This document shows positions 29,091-43,728 of a DNA stretch of 64,000 bases, one piece after another. The translations under genes and the position numbers were made by a program. This stretch comes from the human T2T-CHM13v2.0 reference genome, Homo sapiens. The number at the start of each line of letters is the position of its first letter. Positions within the stretch are counted from its first letter, which is position 1. The stretch is from assembly GCF_009914755.1 (NCBI RefSeq), contig NC_060931.1. One strand, given 5' to 3'. The notes below the pieces were generated by a model that was given only the letters and a program-made list of their open reading frames with translations, did not search any database and was not told the DNA's origin.

Positions 29091-29502
29091 GCTTCTTCTA
29101 TCAGCAACCCTCAGAGCAGTTTGGAAACCAGAAGACGATTAGTTGAGTTTGGAAAGTGGTTAAGAGAGAAAGGAATGGTAGAGGAAGTGCTAGTTTCCTA
29201 GAATTTCATGGTTGGATCCCAAGCAGTTGAATTTCCACTTTGCTGACTCCAATGCCTTAAACACCTCCCATTAAAAGTGAAAGGTCCAAACAGTATTTGG
29301 AAAGAACCTGGAATTTGGAGTCAGGCACACTCAGGGCAGTTGCAGTGGTGGGCAGCACCCCCCATGCCCACATGAGCTGGCAATGCCCTAGATAAGCAGC
29401 TATCTAAGCACGCTTCTCCAGCATTTTTGGTCACAGGGCCCCTTCTCATTCTTAAAAATTACAAAGAACTTCAAAGAGTTTATGCTTATGTGGGTGATGT
29501 AG

Positions 29503-29896
<394 letters not shown>

Positions 29897-30084
29897 ACAT
29901 ATATATTTTTTAATTCACATAAATATTCTATTTATAAATATTTTTTAAACAACATACTGTTTTGGAAAATAGTTACATTTTTCAAAGCAAAATAGACATT
30001 TCTTAGGAGAGTGGCATTGTTTTATATTTTTACAAATCTCTTTAATGTCTGACTTAATAGAAGATGGCTGGGTTTTCAAATCTA

Positions 30085-32477
30085 TAGGCACACCTCACAG
30101 ATATTGTGAGTTACATTCCAGATCACTGCATGAAAGGGAATATTTCAATAAAGCAAGTCACACAACTTTTTTGGTTCCCCAGTGCATATAAATATTATAT
30201 TTACACTATAGTAGCCAATAAACTGTACAATAGCATTATGTCTAAAAAACAATGTACATACCTTAAAAATACTTTATTGCTTAAAAAATGCTAATAGTCA
30301 TCTGAGCTTTCAGCAAGTTGTAAACTTCCTGCTGATGTAGGGTTCTGCCTCACTGTCAAAGGCTGCTAACTGATCAGTGTGGGGGTTGCTGAAGGTTGGG
30401 GCGCCTGTGGCAATTTCTTAAAGAGGACAACAATGAAGTATGTCATATGATTGACTCTTTATTTCATAAAAGCTTTCTCCGTAGCATGTGATGTTGCTTG
30501 ATAACATTTTACCCACAGTAGATCTTCTTTTAAAATGGGAATCTACGCTCTCAAACCTTACCACTGCTTTATCAAATAAGTTTATGTAATATTCTAAATT
30601 ATTTGTTGTCATTTCTGCAATGTTCTTAGCAACTTCACCAGGAGTAAATCCCATCTCAAGAAACCACTTTTCTTTACTCACCCATAAGAAGCAACTCCTC
30701 ATCCATCCAAGTTTTATCAAGAGATCACAGCAATGCAGTCCCATCTTCAGGCTCAAGTTCTAATTCTAGTTCTGTTGCTGTTCCCACCACATCTGCAGTT
30801 CCCTTCTCCACTGAACTCTTGAATCCTTCTGAGTCATTCATGAGGATGGGAGTTAACTTCTTCCAAACCCCTGGTCATGTTGATATTTTGACCTCCTCCC
30901 ATGAATTACAAATGTTCTCAATAAATGGCATCTAGAATGGTGAATCCTTTCCAGAACATTTTCAATTTAGTTTGCCCAGATCCATCAGAGGATTCACTAC
31001 CCATGGCAGCTAGACCCTTATGAAATGTATTTCTAAAATATAAGACTTGAAAATCAAAATTACTCTTCAGTCCATGGGCTGCAGAATAGATGTGGTGTCA
31101 GCAGGCATGAAAACAACATTCACCTGCTTGTACATCTGCATCACAGCTCTTGGGTGACCAGGTGCATTTCCAGTGAGCAGTAACACTTTGAAAGGAATCT
31201 TTTTCTGAGCAGTAGATCTCAACACTGGGTGAAAATATTCAGTAAACTAGCCTGTAAAAAGATATGCTGTCACCCAGGCTTTGTTATTTCATTTACAGAG
31301 CACAGGCAGAATAGATTTAACATCATTCTTAAGGGCCCTAGGATTTTCAGATGGTAAATGAGCACTGGCTTCAACTTCAAGCCACCAGCTGCATTAGCCC
31401 CTCACAAGAGAGTCAGCCTGTCTTTTGAAGCTTTGAAGCCAGACACTGACTTCTCCTCTCTTGCTAAGAAACTCCTAGACGGCATCTTCTTCCACTAGAA
31501 GGCTGTTTTGTCTACACTGAAAATCTGTTGTTTAGTGTAGCCTCCTTCACCAAATGCCTTAGCTGGATCTTCTGGAGAACTTGCTGCAGCTTCTCCATCA
31601 GCACTTGCTGCTTCACCTTGCACTGTTATGTTATGAAGATGGCTTCTTTCCTTAAACTTCATGAACCAACTCTGCTAGTTTAAAACTTTTCTTCTACAGT
31701 CTCCTCACTGCTCTCAGCCTTCATAGAATTAAAGACTGGTAGGACCTGCTCCGTATAAAGCTTTGGCTTAAAGGAATGTTGTAGCTGGTTTGATCTTTTA
31801 CCCAGACCACTCAAACTTTCTCCCTAGCGACAATGAGGTTGTTTCACTTTCTTCTTTATCATTTGTGTGTTCACTGGAGTAGCACTTTTAATTTTCTTCA
31901 AGAATTTTTCCTTTGCATTCACAACTTGGCTAACTGGTGCAGAGGCCTAGCTTTCAGCCTATCTCAGCTTTTGACCTGCCTTCTCCACTAGGCTTAATTA
32001 TTTCTAGCTTTTGGTTGAAAGTGGAAATGTACAACGAATCTTCTTTTCACTTGAACACCTTAGGAGGCCATTGTAGGTTTATTAATTGGCCTAATTTCTA
32101 TATTGTTGTCTCTCAGGGAATATGGAGGCCTAAGGAGAGGGAGAGAGTGGGAGGAACAGCTGGTTCACAGAGCAGTCAGAACACACAATGTTTATCAATT
32201 AAGTTTGCCACCTTATATGGGCACAGTTCACTGTGCCTCAAACCAATTACAGTAGTAACATCAGAGATCACCATTACAGATATAATGACAAGGGAAGAGT
32301 TTGAAACATTGAGAGAACTACCGAAATGTGACACGAAGAAGTGAAGTGAGCGCAGCCTGTTGGAAAAATGGCGCCAATAGACTTGCTTGGCATGGGTCAC
32401 CACAAACCTTTAATTTGTAAAAAACATGGTATCTGTGAAGCACAATAAAGCAATGCACCATAAAACAAAGTGGCCTG
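30085..32477 (-). mobile_element. Essentially full-length Tigger1 DNA transposon with a decayed pogo-like transposase
   Basis: ~2.39 kb, TA-flanked, termini TAGGCACACCTC / GTGGCCTG; transposase ATG at 32071 (-); ORF 30418..30756 reads [36 protein letters not shown], like the Tigger1/TIGD1 C-terminus. Confidence 0.93.
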
Positions 32478-33299
32478 TAATAATAAGTAAGGTGACAATA
32501 AGTTTCTGTTTTACCAAGCTCTTGAACATGTTTGTGAGCTTCTTTGAACTTGGTTATAATTTTCAGAGCCTTGGGTGACAAGAGCTCTGAAATAATTCAT
32601 GTGCAACTAGAAAAATAAGCTTCTCGGTATGACACAAAAAAATTCAAATTCTTCTGCTAATAATCATCAAATGCAATTTTGGAGATAGGGATGGAGGCTG
32701 GGACTCAGGTCATCAGATTCAGAGGCCTCTGTGTGGACATATCAAAATACTTTGAGAACCTTGGAGTGGCTCTTTCTTGGTCTACAGATCTATGTATTTA
32801 GTGAGCTCTCAAAAATCAGAGTCCAAATGGCCTGCAGTATAAAGTAAGTTACTATATTTTCAAGTTAAATTTCAAAACATATGTGTGTGTGTTTTGTTTT
32901 AAATTGTAAAATAGATTATACATAGCGACATGTTATTCAAGGGATGATAGACCCACAATCTGAAACAGATGCTGTGTTCCGAGGGTTTTGTGGGAACTTG
33001 CAGTCTGGTGAGTGAGACCCAGGAATGCTGCTGCTGATACTGAATGGGAGCCTTCATCTCCATAAGCAAAGTCTTCCCAATGTTAGGTTTTCCAGTACAA
33101 AGTAGTATTTTATTTACCCCCCAAATTTTCCAAAAGTCTTGTGATAAACAGAACACTGCAGATGCCCTTACATCAGAAAACATTTGTCAGTTCCTCTCAA
33201 CTTAGAGACATGTGCTGAGGGAAAGCCTGGAGCTTTGAGACCAGTACTTTCACTCTGGAGATACAGATGTGAGACTCCCAGCACCCTCACCACTGCCCC

Positions 33300-33985
<686 letters not shown>

Positions 33986-34337
33986 TCACTAAGTTATGGG
34001 GTTTTTTTTCATGTTCAAGTAGCCAGAATGTAGAAGAGCCAACATTTGAACCCTGACCTGCTGGTCCAGTTTGTAGCTCATTGATGTTTCCTGTACAAAA
34101 TGCTCCCCCTTCTGCAAAATTAGGTTGCATGTTCAGCTAAATGCTCCCACCTGCAACTTTCAATCAAACTGGACACTTTGGGCCAGTTTACATGAAGTAT
34201 GAAGCATCAAACTGCAAAAGAAGGGCAACTTCAGGAACCTTCCGCAGAGATGTCCATAATCACAGCTCCTCCCCCATGCATAATACTGTACCCCAACTCC
34301 CAGGCAGCTCCATGGGCCCCTTACTGACAGGCACTAA

Positions 34338-34870
34338 GAAATACTAACAGATAACAACAGACACCATCAGATATCAACAGACACCATCAGATACCAACAG
34401 ATACCATCAAATACCAACAGACAACAACAGATATCATCAGATATTAAACAGATACCAACAGACACCAATATATATTGTCAGATACCAACAGATACCATCA
34501 GATACTGACAGACAACAACAGATACTATCAGGTATTAAACACATGCCAACAGACACCATCAGATACCAACATATACCATCAGATACCGACAGACACCATC
34601 AGATACCAACAGACAACAACAGATACTGGCAGACAACAACAGATATTATCAGATATTAAACAGATACCAACAGATACTATCAGATACCAACAGACACCAA
34701 CATATACCATCAGATACCAACATATGCCATGAGATAGCAAAAGACACCATCAGATAATGACAGACACCATCAGATACCAACAGACACAATCAAATACCAA
34801 CAGATACCATCAGATACCAACAGACACCACTAGATACCAACAGGTGCCATCAGATACCAATGGATACCAT
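34338..34870. repeat. 10-bp degenerate tandem array CAGA(T/C)ACCA(A/T), ~53 units
   Basis: Units stay in register; three 11-bp variants. Confidence 0.97.
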
Positions 34871-37859
34871 CACCATACTTGTGCCCAAGGCCATGCTGTT
34901 GCCTTAATCACAAGATCTACTTCAAAACCTGGCACCCCAAATCCCTTCTCTTTGGTAGGTAGATTCTTGACTCCCTTCCTAGGACTGGTGACACCTTACG
35001 GGTTTTCAAGTCAGGCCACCATCTGTATTTCCAATGCACAGCACTGGCCTTACCTGCAGAGCTGGCTGGCCAGGCTATTGCCCAATAGTGAAAGCAAGTC
35101 TAGACATGGTATTCATGCTCACTGGAATGTCCATGTTAGAACTAATTTCTTAACTGTTGGTCATGATTTTCAGCAAGGACACTGTTCTTGGGGATCACCC
35201 ATACTGACTGCATTCTATTGTGAAGCTAATCCCCTACAACTAGCCTATGAGCTCTCACAGCCAGGGACAGGGGCTTTACAAAGCCACATTTCCACAAAAA
35301 CCAGAGTGGCTAAAGCCCGAGTAGCTCAACATTCCCTGAGGTGTCTTATGAAAACATTCAGAAGCTTAGCAGGGCACTTAGTTTGTAAAAAGGTTTGTCT
35401 CCCCAGCCCATGTCTGCAATAAAAAAAGCATTGAACATCTTGGGATTACAAGAGCAACAATTAAAGCAAAGCCTAAAAGCTGACCTCACTCTCTCAGAGG
35501 CCTGCGCTCTTGCAGGCAGGAGAAACTATTTTAGACTTAGGTGCCAATTTTTACATAAGCCCTGAACCTTCCTTTAGCAAACAAAAGCTAAAGAAAAATT
35601 CAGGGCCCTCCCTGGACTGGAGAAGAACATAAACAAGGGAGGTGGGGGAAGGGGCTGCGCCGATGAAAGCTGGTCCTGTCCGGGGAGGGATCCACAGTTC
35701 ACTCTGTGCAAGATCCCCCAACTCCTTTCAGCCTGAATAGGAAAACATGAAGCTTTTCCACACAATCCCTTTGGTCAACTTAGCAAGGATGGCACTTTAG
35801 CGACTCCTTTTCACACCCTCCTGCTATAAGTTTGACTTGAAAGTGTTCTTTAATGTCTTGAAAGCAAAAAGCAAATTGAAGGAAGAGTTGAAGACCCTTT
35901 GATGGGCGTGGGAGCTGCTTGAGGTCTTTAAAGGTACAGTACAGCAACTAAAAGAAAAGCCTTTTGTAGTCGGGCGGTTTCTCTAAACCAAATGCTTGCT
36001 TGCAGTTCACCACACAATTTCAGGGAATATTGAAACCCTATGGGAAAACTTTTGTTGGCTTCCTGAGTCAGCCCATTATTAAATGTCTAAAATAATTAGT
36101 AAGAATATCAGTGGCTCCTTGCTTCTTCTTGGCCAGAGACAATGAGAACAAATGATTCTATTGTTGGTATAATTGGGGTTTTAGTGTGATTATTTTCCCC
36201 TATAACTCACCTATTATGTATTTCATGCTCTTAAATTAAGGAGAATTACCAGGATAACAAATACCAACGTGAACAAAATAGCAGCAAAAGTAAATACATA
36301 AGTGTGTTTCCACATTTCTGCACCAAATATGGACATACATTTCCAGGGACCAGAGTCGATATGAGTTTGTGGGATGCTGGCTCCAAGACATCCACAAGAC
36401 ATGGTTTCTGGATGCAACTGTGCTAAGGACATCTCACCAGCATAGTGGGAGGCACAGCTCTGGAATAATGATGTGATGAAATTACAACAGTCATTTTCCC
36501 TGGGTCCCTCTCATAAGCAAAGCTGTTGAAATGCTAAGTCCCAACTCATCACTTCTGGTGCAAGGGATCATGACAGTTTCTGGGTCTTCTGAACCCCAGA
36601 CCCTTCTCCACACCCTCCCTGGGCCCCACAGCCCCAGGCTTCCCATCCTGCTTGTGGCTGGCACCTGTACCAGCCTGTGGAGGGGACAATGTCCACCTTG
36701 CCTCTCAGCAAATGCCACTCTCAAACTTTACAAGGGAGCAGCCTTGGGCTGTTTTCCATGGCCCTCTACAGGGGTGATTCCTTCATCTGGTTCATTCTTG
36801 ATTACACTTTCCCACCTCTGGCAGCTGACACAGATATCCTGAGGCCAAGTGAGCCACGATTTGAACCCTGAGCCCCACAAGCCCCTGGAGCTCAGTGTGT
36901 TCCCTCACGATCCTCCAGCTCAAAGAGATTTCTCTGCCATCCAGCATGCTGCCAAGGAAGCTGCGGGGGCCTCAGCTTCTGCACATTGCCTGGGAAATGG
37001 ACATCTTTCCCGTGAGGGTAACCAGGTTGTCTTACGCCTGCTCAGCTCATCCTAAAACTCCTGCCATGTTTGAATGTGCAGGAATATATACGTGAAGCCT
37101 CCCCAACCGTGGGATTATCTGTAGAGCTTTTCCACAAACTTCCAACATTTCAACCAGCTTTCCACCCTCTGCTCAGAAAAAAAGAGGGAAAATTTCAAAA
37201 CAACTAGGAACAAATACCCTGTCAATGGGAACAGTAACAGGGCAAGTGTTGTCTTTGTCTGAGAGATGAGAAAATGAACTTATGGGCAGTCCAGCGAATT
37301 GCCGGCTGGCCAGAGATGCATAACTGACCCTGGAAGTCACATGCGGAGATGACCACGCACAGCCATTCCCTTCATTCCCACACCTACACCATTGCAGAAA
37401 AGCATGCAAAGGTTAAGTTCTCCTTAACGTAAAGAAAAAAACAGTAGAAGTTACAGTGTCTGCCTACTTACTCCCTATGAAGACAACATTCAATTAATCT
37501 TATCCCAATACTAAGAGAAATATGAATTTAGACTTTTAAAAAAGTATTTTACAGGCTGGCTTGTTTGGTCACGTAAACGTACAGTGAACATTTCATGTTT
37601 CTGCAGCAATGAGCTGTGTACCGTGTATCTTAGTGGGAAGAGAAGCTTCTGTGAGGGTCACAGTGTGCTTGGACCCTATTCTAGGTGACAAGAGACACCG
37701 AAGGTAAACTGAGCTCTCCTGGTGCATTTTGAAAACTGACTTGGAGACCTCAAAGCCAGACGCTGCTTCAAAAAAGAAATCCCCTCAACTCAAAATTCTT
37801 TGTTGATTTTATTTTCTAACACAAGATGACCTGATTTCTCTTTTGACTTTCAAGAACCT

Positions 37860-38060
37860 TCAATGTGACCCCAGACTAAAATAGCCATTGCTGTTTCCAT
37901 GCTTCTCCCATGCACACTGCCTGGCCTCCAGGGCAGGGTCTGCAGGGCTGTGCGCCCGTCATCGCCTCCTCTACAGTCTTCCTCAATTTTCCAAATCCTC
38001 CCTGTCCCAGCCCAAGCCCTACGTCCCCTTTCAGACCCTCTCACTCCTACAGCTTCAATA
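37860..38060 (+). mobile_element. Possible L2 fragment
   Basis: Pyrimidine-rich with weak L2-like motifs. Confidence 0.35.
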
Positions 38061-39119
38061 CGCTTTTTCATAACTAAGAGCTGTCTGATGACTGCTCCGT
38101 GAGCACCTATTGCATGCCAGACCTCAGCTGTGGCCCAGTGGATGGCGGTCCCTGTCCTGCGGGACTCAGCCTCAGGAAAGGACAGGCTTATCACAGAATT
38201 GCCCAGGTGAGCAATTCCTTACCAAGAGGGCAAGTGCCCCAAGGGAGGAGGTCAGAGGCTCTCAGTCTATGGAGAGGAGCTCACCCCATCCAGGGATGGG
38301 GGGGTTTACTTTGGAAAGGGACCTCTTAGTCCAGCACCGCAATGATGCACAAAACCAGCCAGAAGAAGGCACGGGGTCTGCAGAGGGGTCGCTGAGGTGG
38401 AGGGACTCCTCAAGCCTGCACCCTCACCCCTGCCGGCAGGGGAAAGAGGCCAGGTGGAGGCTGTGGTGAGAGAGCTGAAACAGACTTCTCTGGAAATTGA
38501 GTTAAGAAGGACAGCAGAGGAACACAGAGTTGGCAAGGCCATAGGGCAATCAAAACGGAGCAGAGAGTGTGCAGAGCCAGGAGGCACGGTGCCGAGGCTG
38601 AGGATGGGGAGGCCCCACCATGTCATGTGCGGGCTACAGAGTCCAGACCACTCCTAAGTCAGCAGAAAGCCAGGCAAGCACCTCACATTCCCCTTCTGGA
38701 CACACAGTGGAGAAGTGAGTGTGGGGGCAGAGCCATAGCAAAGGTCTCAAAGGAGTCCCAGCAGGAAGGAGCCAATCGGACCAGTCAAGGTCAGAGCTGG
38801 GAGAAATGTCAGAGTTGGGAGAAATGTCAGTCAAAGGTGGGTGAACAGGACCTGGAGACTGATTCTGTTTGGGGGCGAGAGAAAGGAAGGTGCCCAGGCT
38901 AGTTCCCAGGCTTCCATTGTGAGCAAGGTGGGCAGACACTGCCATTTATCTGAGTTAGGGGCAACTGGAGGAAAGACGGGGAGGGGTGAGGGCACCGTGG
39001 GTTTACTTTGCACACGCTGAATGTGGGATGACTGAGGTATGTGAGAGGTGTCGGGTAAGTGGCCGAGAGTCAAGACTGGAACCAGCAGTCATCATGGGAG
39101 ACAAGTGCCCACAGTCAGC

Positions 39120-39860
39120 ACACTGACGGCAGGTCACAGGATCACTGACAGGCACATCACGGGATCACTGATGGGCGGGTCATGGGATCACTGGCAGACT
39201 AGGCATGAGATCACTGACAGATCGTGGGATCACTGGTGGGATGACTGATAAGTCGTAGGATTACTAAGAGGTCACGGGATCACTGACAGATAATGGGATC
39301 ACTGACAGGTCATGGGATCACTGACGGGCAGGTCACATGATCACTGACAGATCATGGGATCACTGGCAGGATCACTGAGAGGGCACAGGATCACTGACAG
39401 GTCACAGGATCACTGACAGATCATGGGATCACTGGTGGGATCACTGATAACTCACAGGATCACTGACAAGTCATGGGATCACTGAGAGGTCACAGGATCA
39501 CTGACAGGTCATGGGATCACTGGTGGGATCACTGAGAGGTCACAGGATCACTGACAGGTCACAGGATCACTGACAGATCCTGGGATCACTGAGAGGTCAC
39601 AGGATCACTGACAGATCCTGGGATCACTGGCAGGATCACGACAGGTTATGGGATCACTGACAAACAGGTCATGGGAATCACTGACAGATCATGAGATCAT
39701 GGGTGGGATCACTGACAGGTCACAGGATCACTGACAGGTCATGGGATCACTGGTGGGATCACTGAGAGGTCACAGGATCACTGAGAGGTCACAGGATCAC
39801 TGACAGGTCATGGGATCACTGATGGGATCACAACAGGTCATGGGATCACTGACTGATCAT
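39120..39860. repeat. Minisatellite of 19-bp (GGATCACTGACAGGTCACA/TG) and 12-bp (GGATCACTGGTG) units
   Basis: GATCACTG recurs throughout. Confidence 0.97.
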
Positions 39861-40134
39861 GGAGTGAGGGGAGGAAGGCTCACCCCTTTCCCAATGTCTG
39901 TTGCTCTCAGAGCTCACATGGCGTGGTGCTGCCCTCCATTATCCTTTGTAGCTGTTTGGCTGCAGGTATCCCATCTACTAGATTAGAAGGAGAGTCCTTA
40001 AGGAATGGAAACCACAGCTTACCTGGCTGGGTGACCACTGCAGCACCCAGTGTCCTGGAGGAGCACTTTATACAGGCTCAAAAATCACCTAGGGAGTGAT
40101 ACAAACACACTTTCCACATGAAAACAGTAGTGAC

Positions 40135-40442
40135 AGCCAAGCACAGGGGCTCATGCCTGTAATCCCAGCACTTTGGGAGGCCAAGGCAGGAGGATCACTT
40201 GAGGCCAGGAGTTCAAGACTTGCCTGGGTGACATAGCAAGATCCCATCTTTACAAAAATGTAAAATATTAGCCAGGCATAGTAGTGTGTGCCTGTATTCC
40301 CAGCTACTCAGGAGCCTGCGGTGGGAGGATAGCTTGAGTTCAGGAGTTTGAAGTTGCGGTGAGCCATGATTGCACCTCTGCATTCCAGCCTGGGCAACAT
40401 AATCGGATCCCAATTCAAAAATAAATAAAGAAATAAAATAAT
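40135..40442 (+). mobile_element. AluJ SINE
   Basis: GGAGGATCACTTGAGGCCAGGAGTTCAAG; degenerate TSD ACAGTAGT(G/T)AC. Confidence 0.93.
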
Positions 40443-40489
40443 TACAGTAGTTACTCTATTGTATAGTGTAATGCACTGTGGGTAGTATA

Positions 40490-40610
40490 CTAATAATAAT
40501 TGCACTCACAAAGTGGATACTATGTGCCAAGCACCATTCTAAACACTTTACATAAATTAACTAGTTGAATCCTTACAAAATATTATGAAGTAAGTCTCAT
40601 TTTATAGATA
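40490..40610 (-). mobile_element. MIR
   Basis: TACTATGTGCCAAGCACCATTCTAAACACTTTACATA...CATTTTATAGAT. Confidence 0.8.
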
Positions 40611-41415
40611 TTTCCATTGCAGCGGCTGGGGCTACACATATGCTCTCATGGCTTTCCCTCTGTGCCAGAGGCTTCGACCATGATCTGTGGTGTACAGTGC
40701 GTATGCAAGGCTTTCCTGAACAAATAATTCTATTTTTGGTAAAAGCCACTGGGCCTTTTTATTTCCTGTACCAAAGCAGTCAGACTCACATTGCTGGCAA
40801 GAGGGGAGATGGTGAAATGATGAAGCAGGCTGCCGTGGTTTGCTTTCTCTCCCTCTCCTCTCGGCTCCCTTCTCACCAGCCCAAAGAGCTAAACTCTTCC
40901 CTTCTTTCTTTCGTCAAAGTCCATTCTAAGCTCCTTCACTTTCACTGGGATGTAAATGACAGGCACTGTTTAAAAAGCTATAAAAACCTCTCTCTAAGCG
41001 GAGCAGGACTGGGCTCTCCATCTCTCTTGGGTCTCGGTCCCGTCTTTCAAGCCTCCCCGTCTTGCTCACCATTTTGCCCTCTCTGCATTTTCCACCCCAG
41101 CCTCAGATCCCAGAGACATCCTGGTCTCCCATTATTCTGTGACTGTGTATGGAGTGAGCTCCATGAGCTCCTTGAGAGAAAACTGTCCGTGGAGCACACA
41201 TGCTGCCTTCACATGTGGCGGCCACAGGCCACGGTGGTTGCAATGCCTGGATGTGGCTCCTCTGAGTCCATGAGTGGCAGGGGCAGGTGTGGAGTACACA
41301 TGGGGTTCGAGGAACACACATGTCTCATTCCTAACCTCCACACTGATTGCCCACTGAATGGTGTTTTGGACAATATATTGGATTAGGTGAAATATATTGT
41401 TAAAATAATTTCACG

Positions 41416-41719
41416 GGGGCAGGGCATGGTGGCTCATGTCTATAATCCCAGCACTTTGGGAGGCCGGGGTAGGTGGATCATGAAGTCAGGAAATCAAGAC
41501 CATCCTGGCCAACATGGTGAAAACCTGTTTTTACTAAAAATACAAAAATTAGCGAGGTGTGGCGTTGCACACCTGTAGTCCCAGCTACTCAGGAGGCTGA
41601 GGCAGGAGAATTGCCTGAACCCAGGAGGCAGAGGCTGCAGTGAGCTGAATTTGTGCTACTGCACTCCAGCCTGGGTCACAGAGCGAGACTCCATCTCAAA
41701 AAATATAATAATAAAAAAT
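41416..41719 (+). mobile_element. AluS (Sc-like) SINE
   Basis: AAATCAAGACCATCCTGGCCAACATGG. Confidence 0.93.
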
Positions 41720-41732
41720 AATAATTTCACTG

Positions 41733-42065
<333 letters not shown>

Positions 42066-42924
42066 CTACTGTTGAATGTAAAGGTGCAGGTGTGTCTCAC
42101 AGCGTCCATCGCCCCCCTTACCTGCATCACGCAGGTGAGAATGGGGCCATTGGGAAGCTACACGTGCAACCCTGGTAGCAGCTGAGGGTCCCCATGTGAA
42201 AGCCCCTCGGCTGGACTCAGGTGAGATGCTGGGGCCAGGGGATGCAGCAGGAGCCATGTGGAGGGTCCCCTGCTATCTAATCTCACTGTCAGTGGTGGTT
42301 TCTGAATGTCTTCACTAGATGAGGAATGAAAAGCATGAGTTTTCGGAGGCTTTACAGGAGCTGTTTGGCAGGGAGTTCACCTTGTTGCATCAAGACTCCC
42401 AAGTGCGAGTGTTCACATACATTCCTTTGTAAGCCTGGAGGCAGCACCGCCCACCCACTTCAACCCAGCACTGCAGTTACAGGGAGGAAGACAGGAGATG
42501 GGGACCTTCTGGCACACAGCAGGCCTGGCTTTGTGGGTGACGCACAACCCAGGTCCAGACATCAGGTGGCAGCCAGCCCATACTCACCGAGTCACCAGGG
42601 GAACTGAAGACACTGTGCCATGGCCCCAGGAGGCTCTGCAGAGTCCAGAAACATGGGAGAAGGAAACTGACTATCTAGTTAGTCATGCAGGCAATGACAC
42701 AGAAGATGCCTGGTGCAGAATTTCCCTGCCTGATCAGTGAGCAGGTAGCAAAAACTGAGGTCAGCAGAGGCTGGGTCTAGGAGGCTGGCACGGGATAAAG
42801 TCTTCCACTGGCCCTAGCCACATGGGTCAGAGTGGAGACTGCGTAAGGAAAGGTCCTTGATTACTCTTCCCTAGCTCATGGGTCCCCATCACAGTGACTT
42901 ACCAGAACTAAACCAACGCACATG

Positions 42925-43557
42925 CAGCTGAGTCTCACTACTCATGGTTGTTACACTCTGTAAAGCCACCGTGAATGCTAAACTAGAGGCTGCCAAACCA
43001 TCGCTCCTACGATAAAAACAAGGTTAGGTTCCTGCAAGCCTCTGCAAGCCTCTGGGCACAACACTTTGATCAACTGATCAATACGTACCATGTTTGGTGT
43101 GTGTTTCTGTCCCAGGACACCTTATTGAATAGGTGGATATTGCTGGTTCATCAACACTGAACTCACAGACAGCAGCATGGTACAAAGCTTCTCTGACACA
43201 CGTGTTTTCTGTAAGGCACATCATGGCCTTTCTGCACTTGGGAACATGGACAGCGCCTCAGCACTGAGCTTGGGGCCATATTAAACAGCAGAATTACCAA
43301 CAAAAAGCACAAAAATGTGAAACTAAACAGATAACGTAAAAGACACTTGTTTACAGCTTGAGCTGGAGCAGGAAGGCAGGGCACTGCCTGTTTCAGCTCA
43401 GCTGGGAACCTGCACATGGGTGCCTCACACATTCTGCTGCTTCACGCTTGTTTGTGAATGACCACGTCAGCACCACGAGTACTAATCTGGGGGCTAAAAA
43501 TGTCAGTGCATACACCAATTCACAAATATGGAATCCACCAATAATGAGGATGGACTG
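42925..43557 (-). mobile_element. MER82-type Tigger-family element
   Basis: GGTTAGGTTCCTGCAAGCCTCTG, CCAACAAAAAGCACAAAAATG, and a terminal AATAATGAGGATGGACTG followed by TA. Confidence 0.8.
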
Positions 43558-43728
43558 TATTTATAATGAACTGATTACTCTAAGTTTCCTTAATGTTCTC
43601 TTCTCATTATAAAAACATGACATTTAGAAAAAATTTTAAATAACTAAAAGTATGAAAAAAATTCAAATCTATTCTCACTACCCAGAGACAGCCATATTCT
43701 ATTTCCATTCAGTCTTTATAATTTATAC

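Noticed and set aside
34757-35422. 221-aa ORF ending in an AATAAA
   Set aside because: Starts inside the 10-bp array, has no domain or coding-like composition, and AATAAA lies in a genomic A run
38790-38830. 18-bp tandem duplication GTCAGAG(C/T)TGGGAGAAAT, and similar 11-12 bp doublets at ~10504, ~43033 and ~56888
   Set aside because: Ordinary slippage microduplications
34323-39155. Shared 12-mer ACTGACAGGCAC at the left edges of the two arrays
   Set aside because: On the order of a hundred chance 12-mer pairs are expected in 64 kb; the unit consensuses otherwise differ
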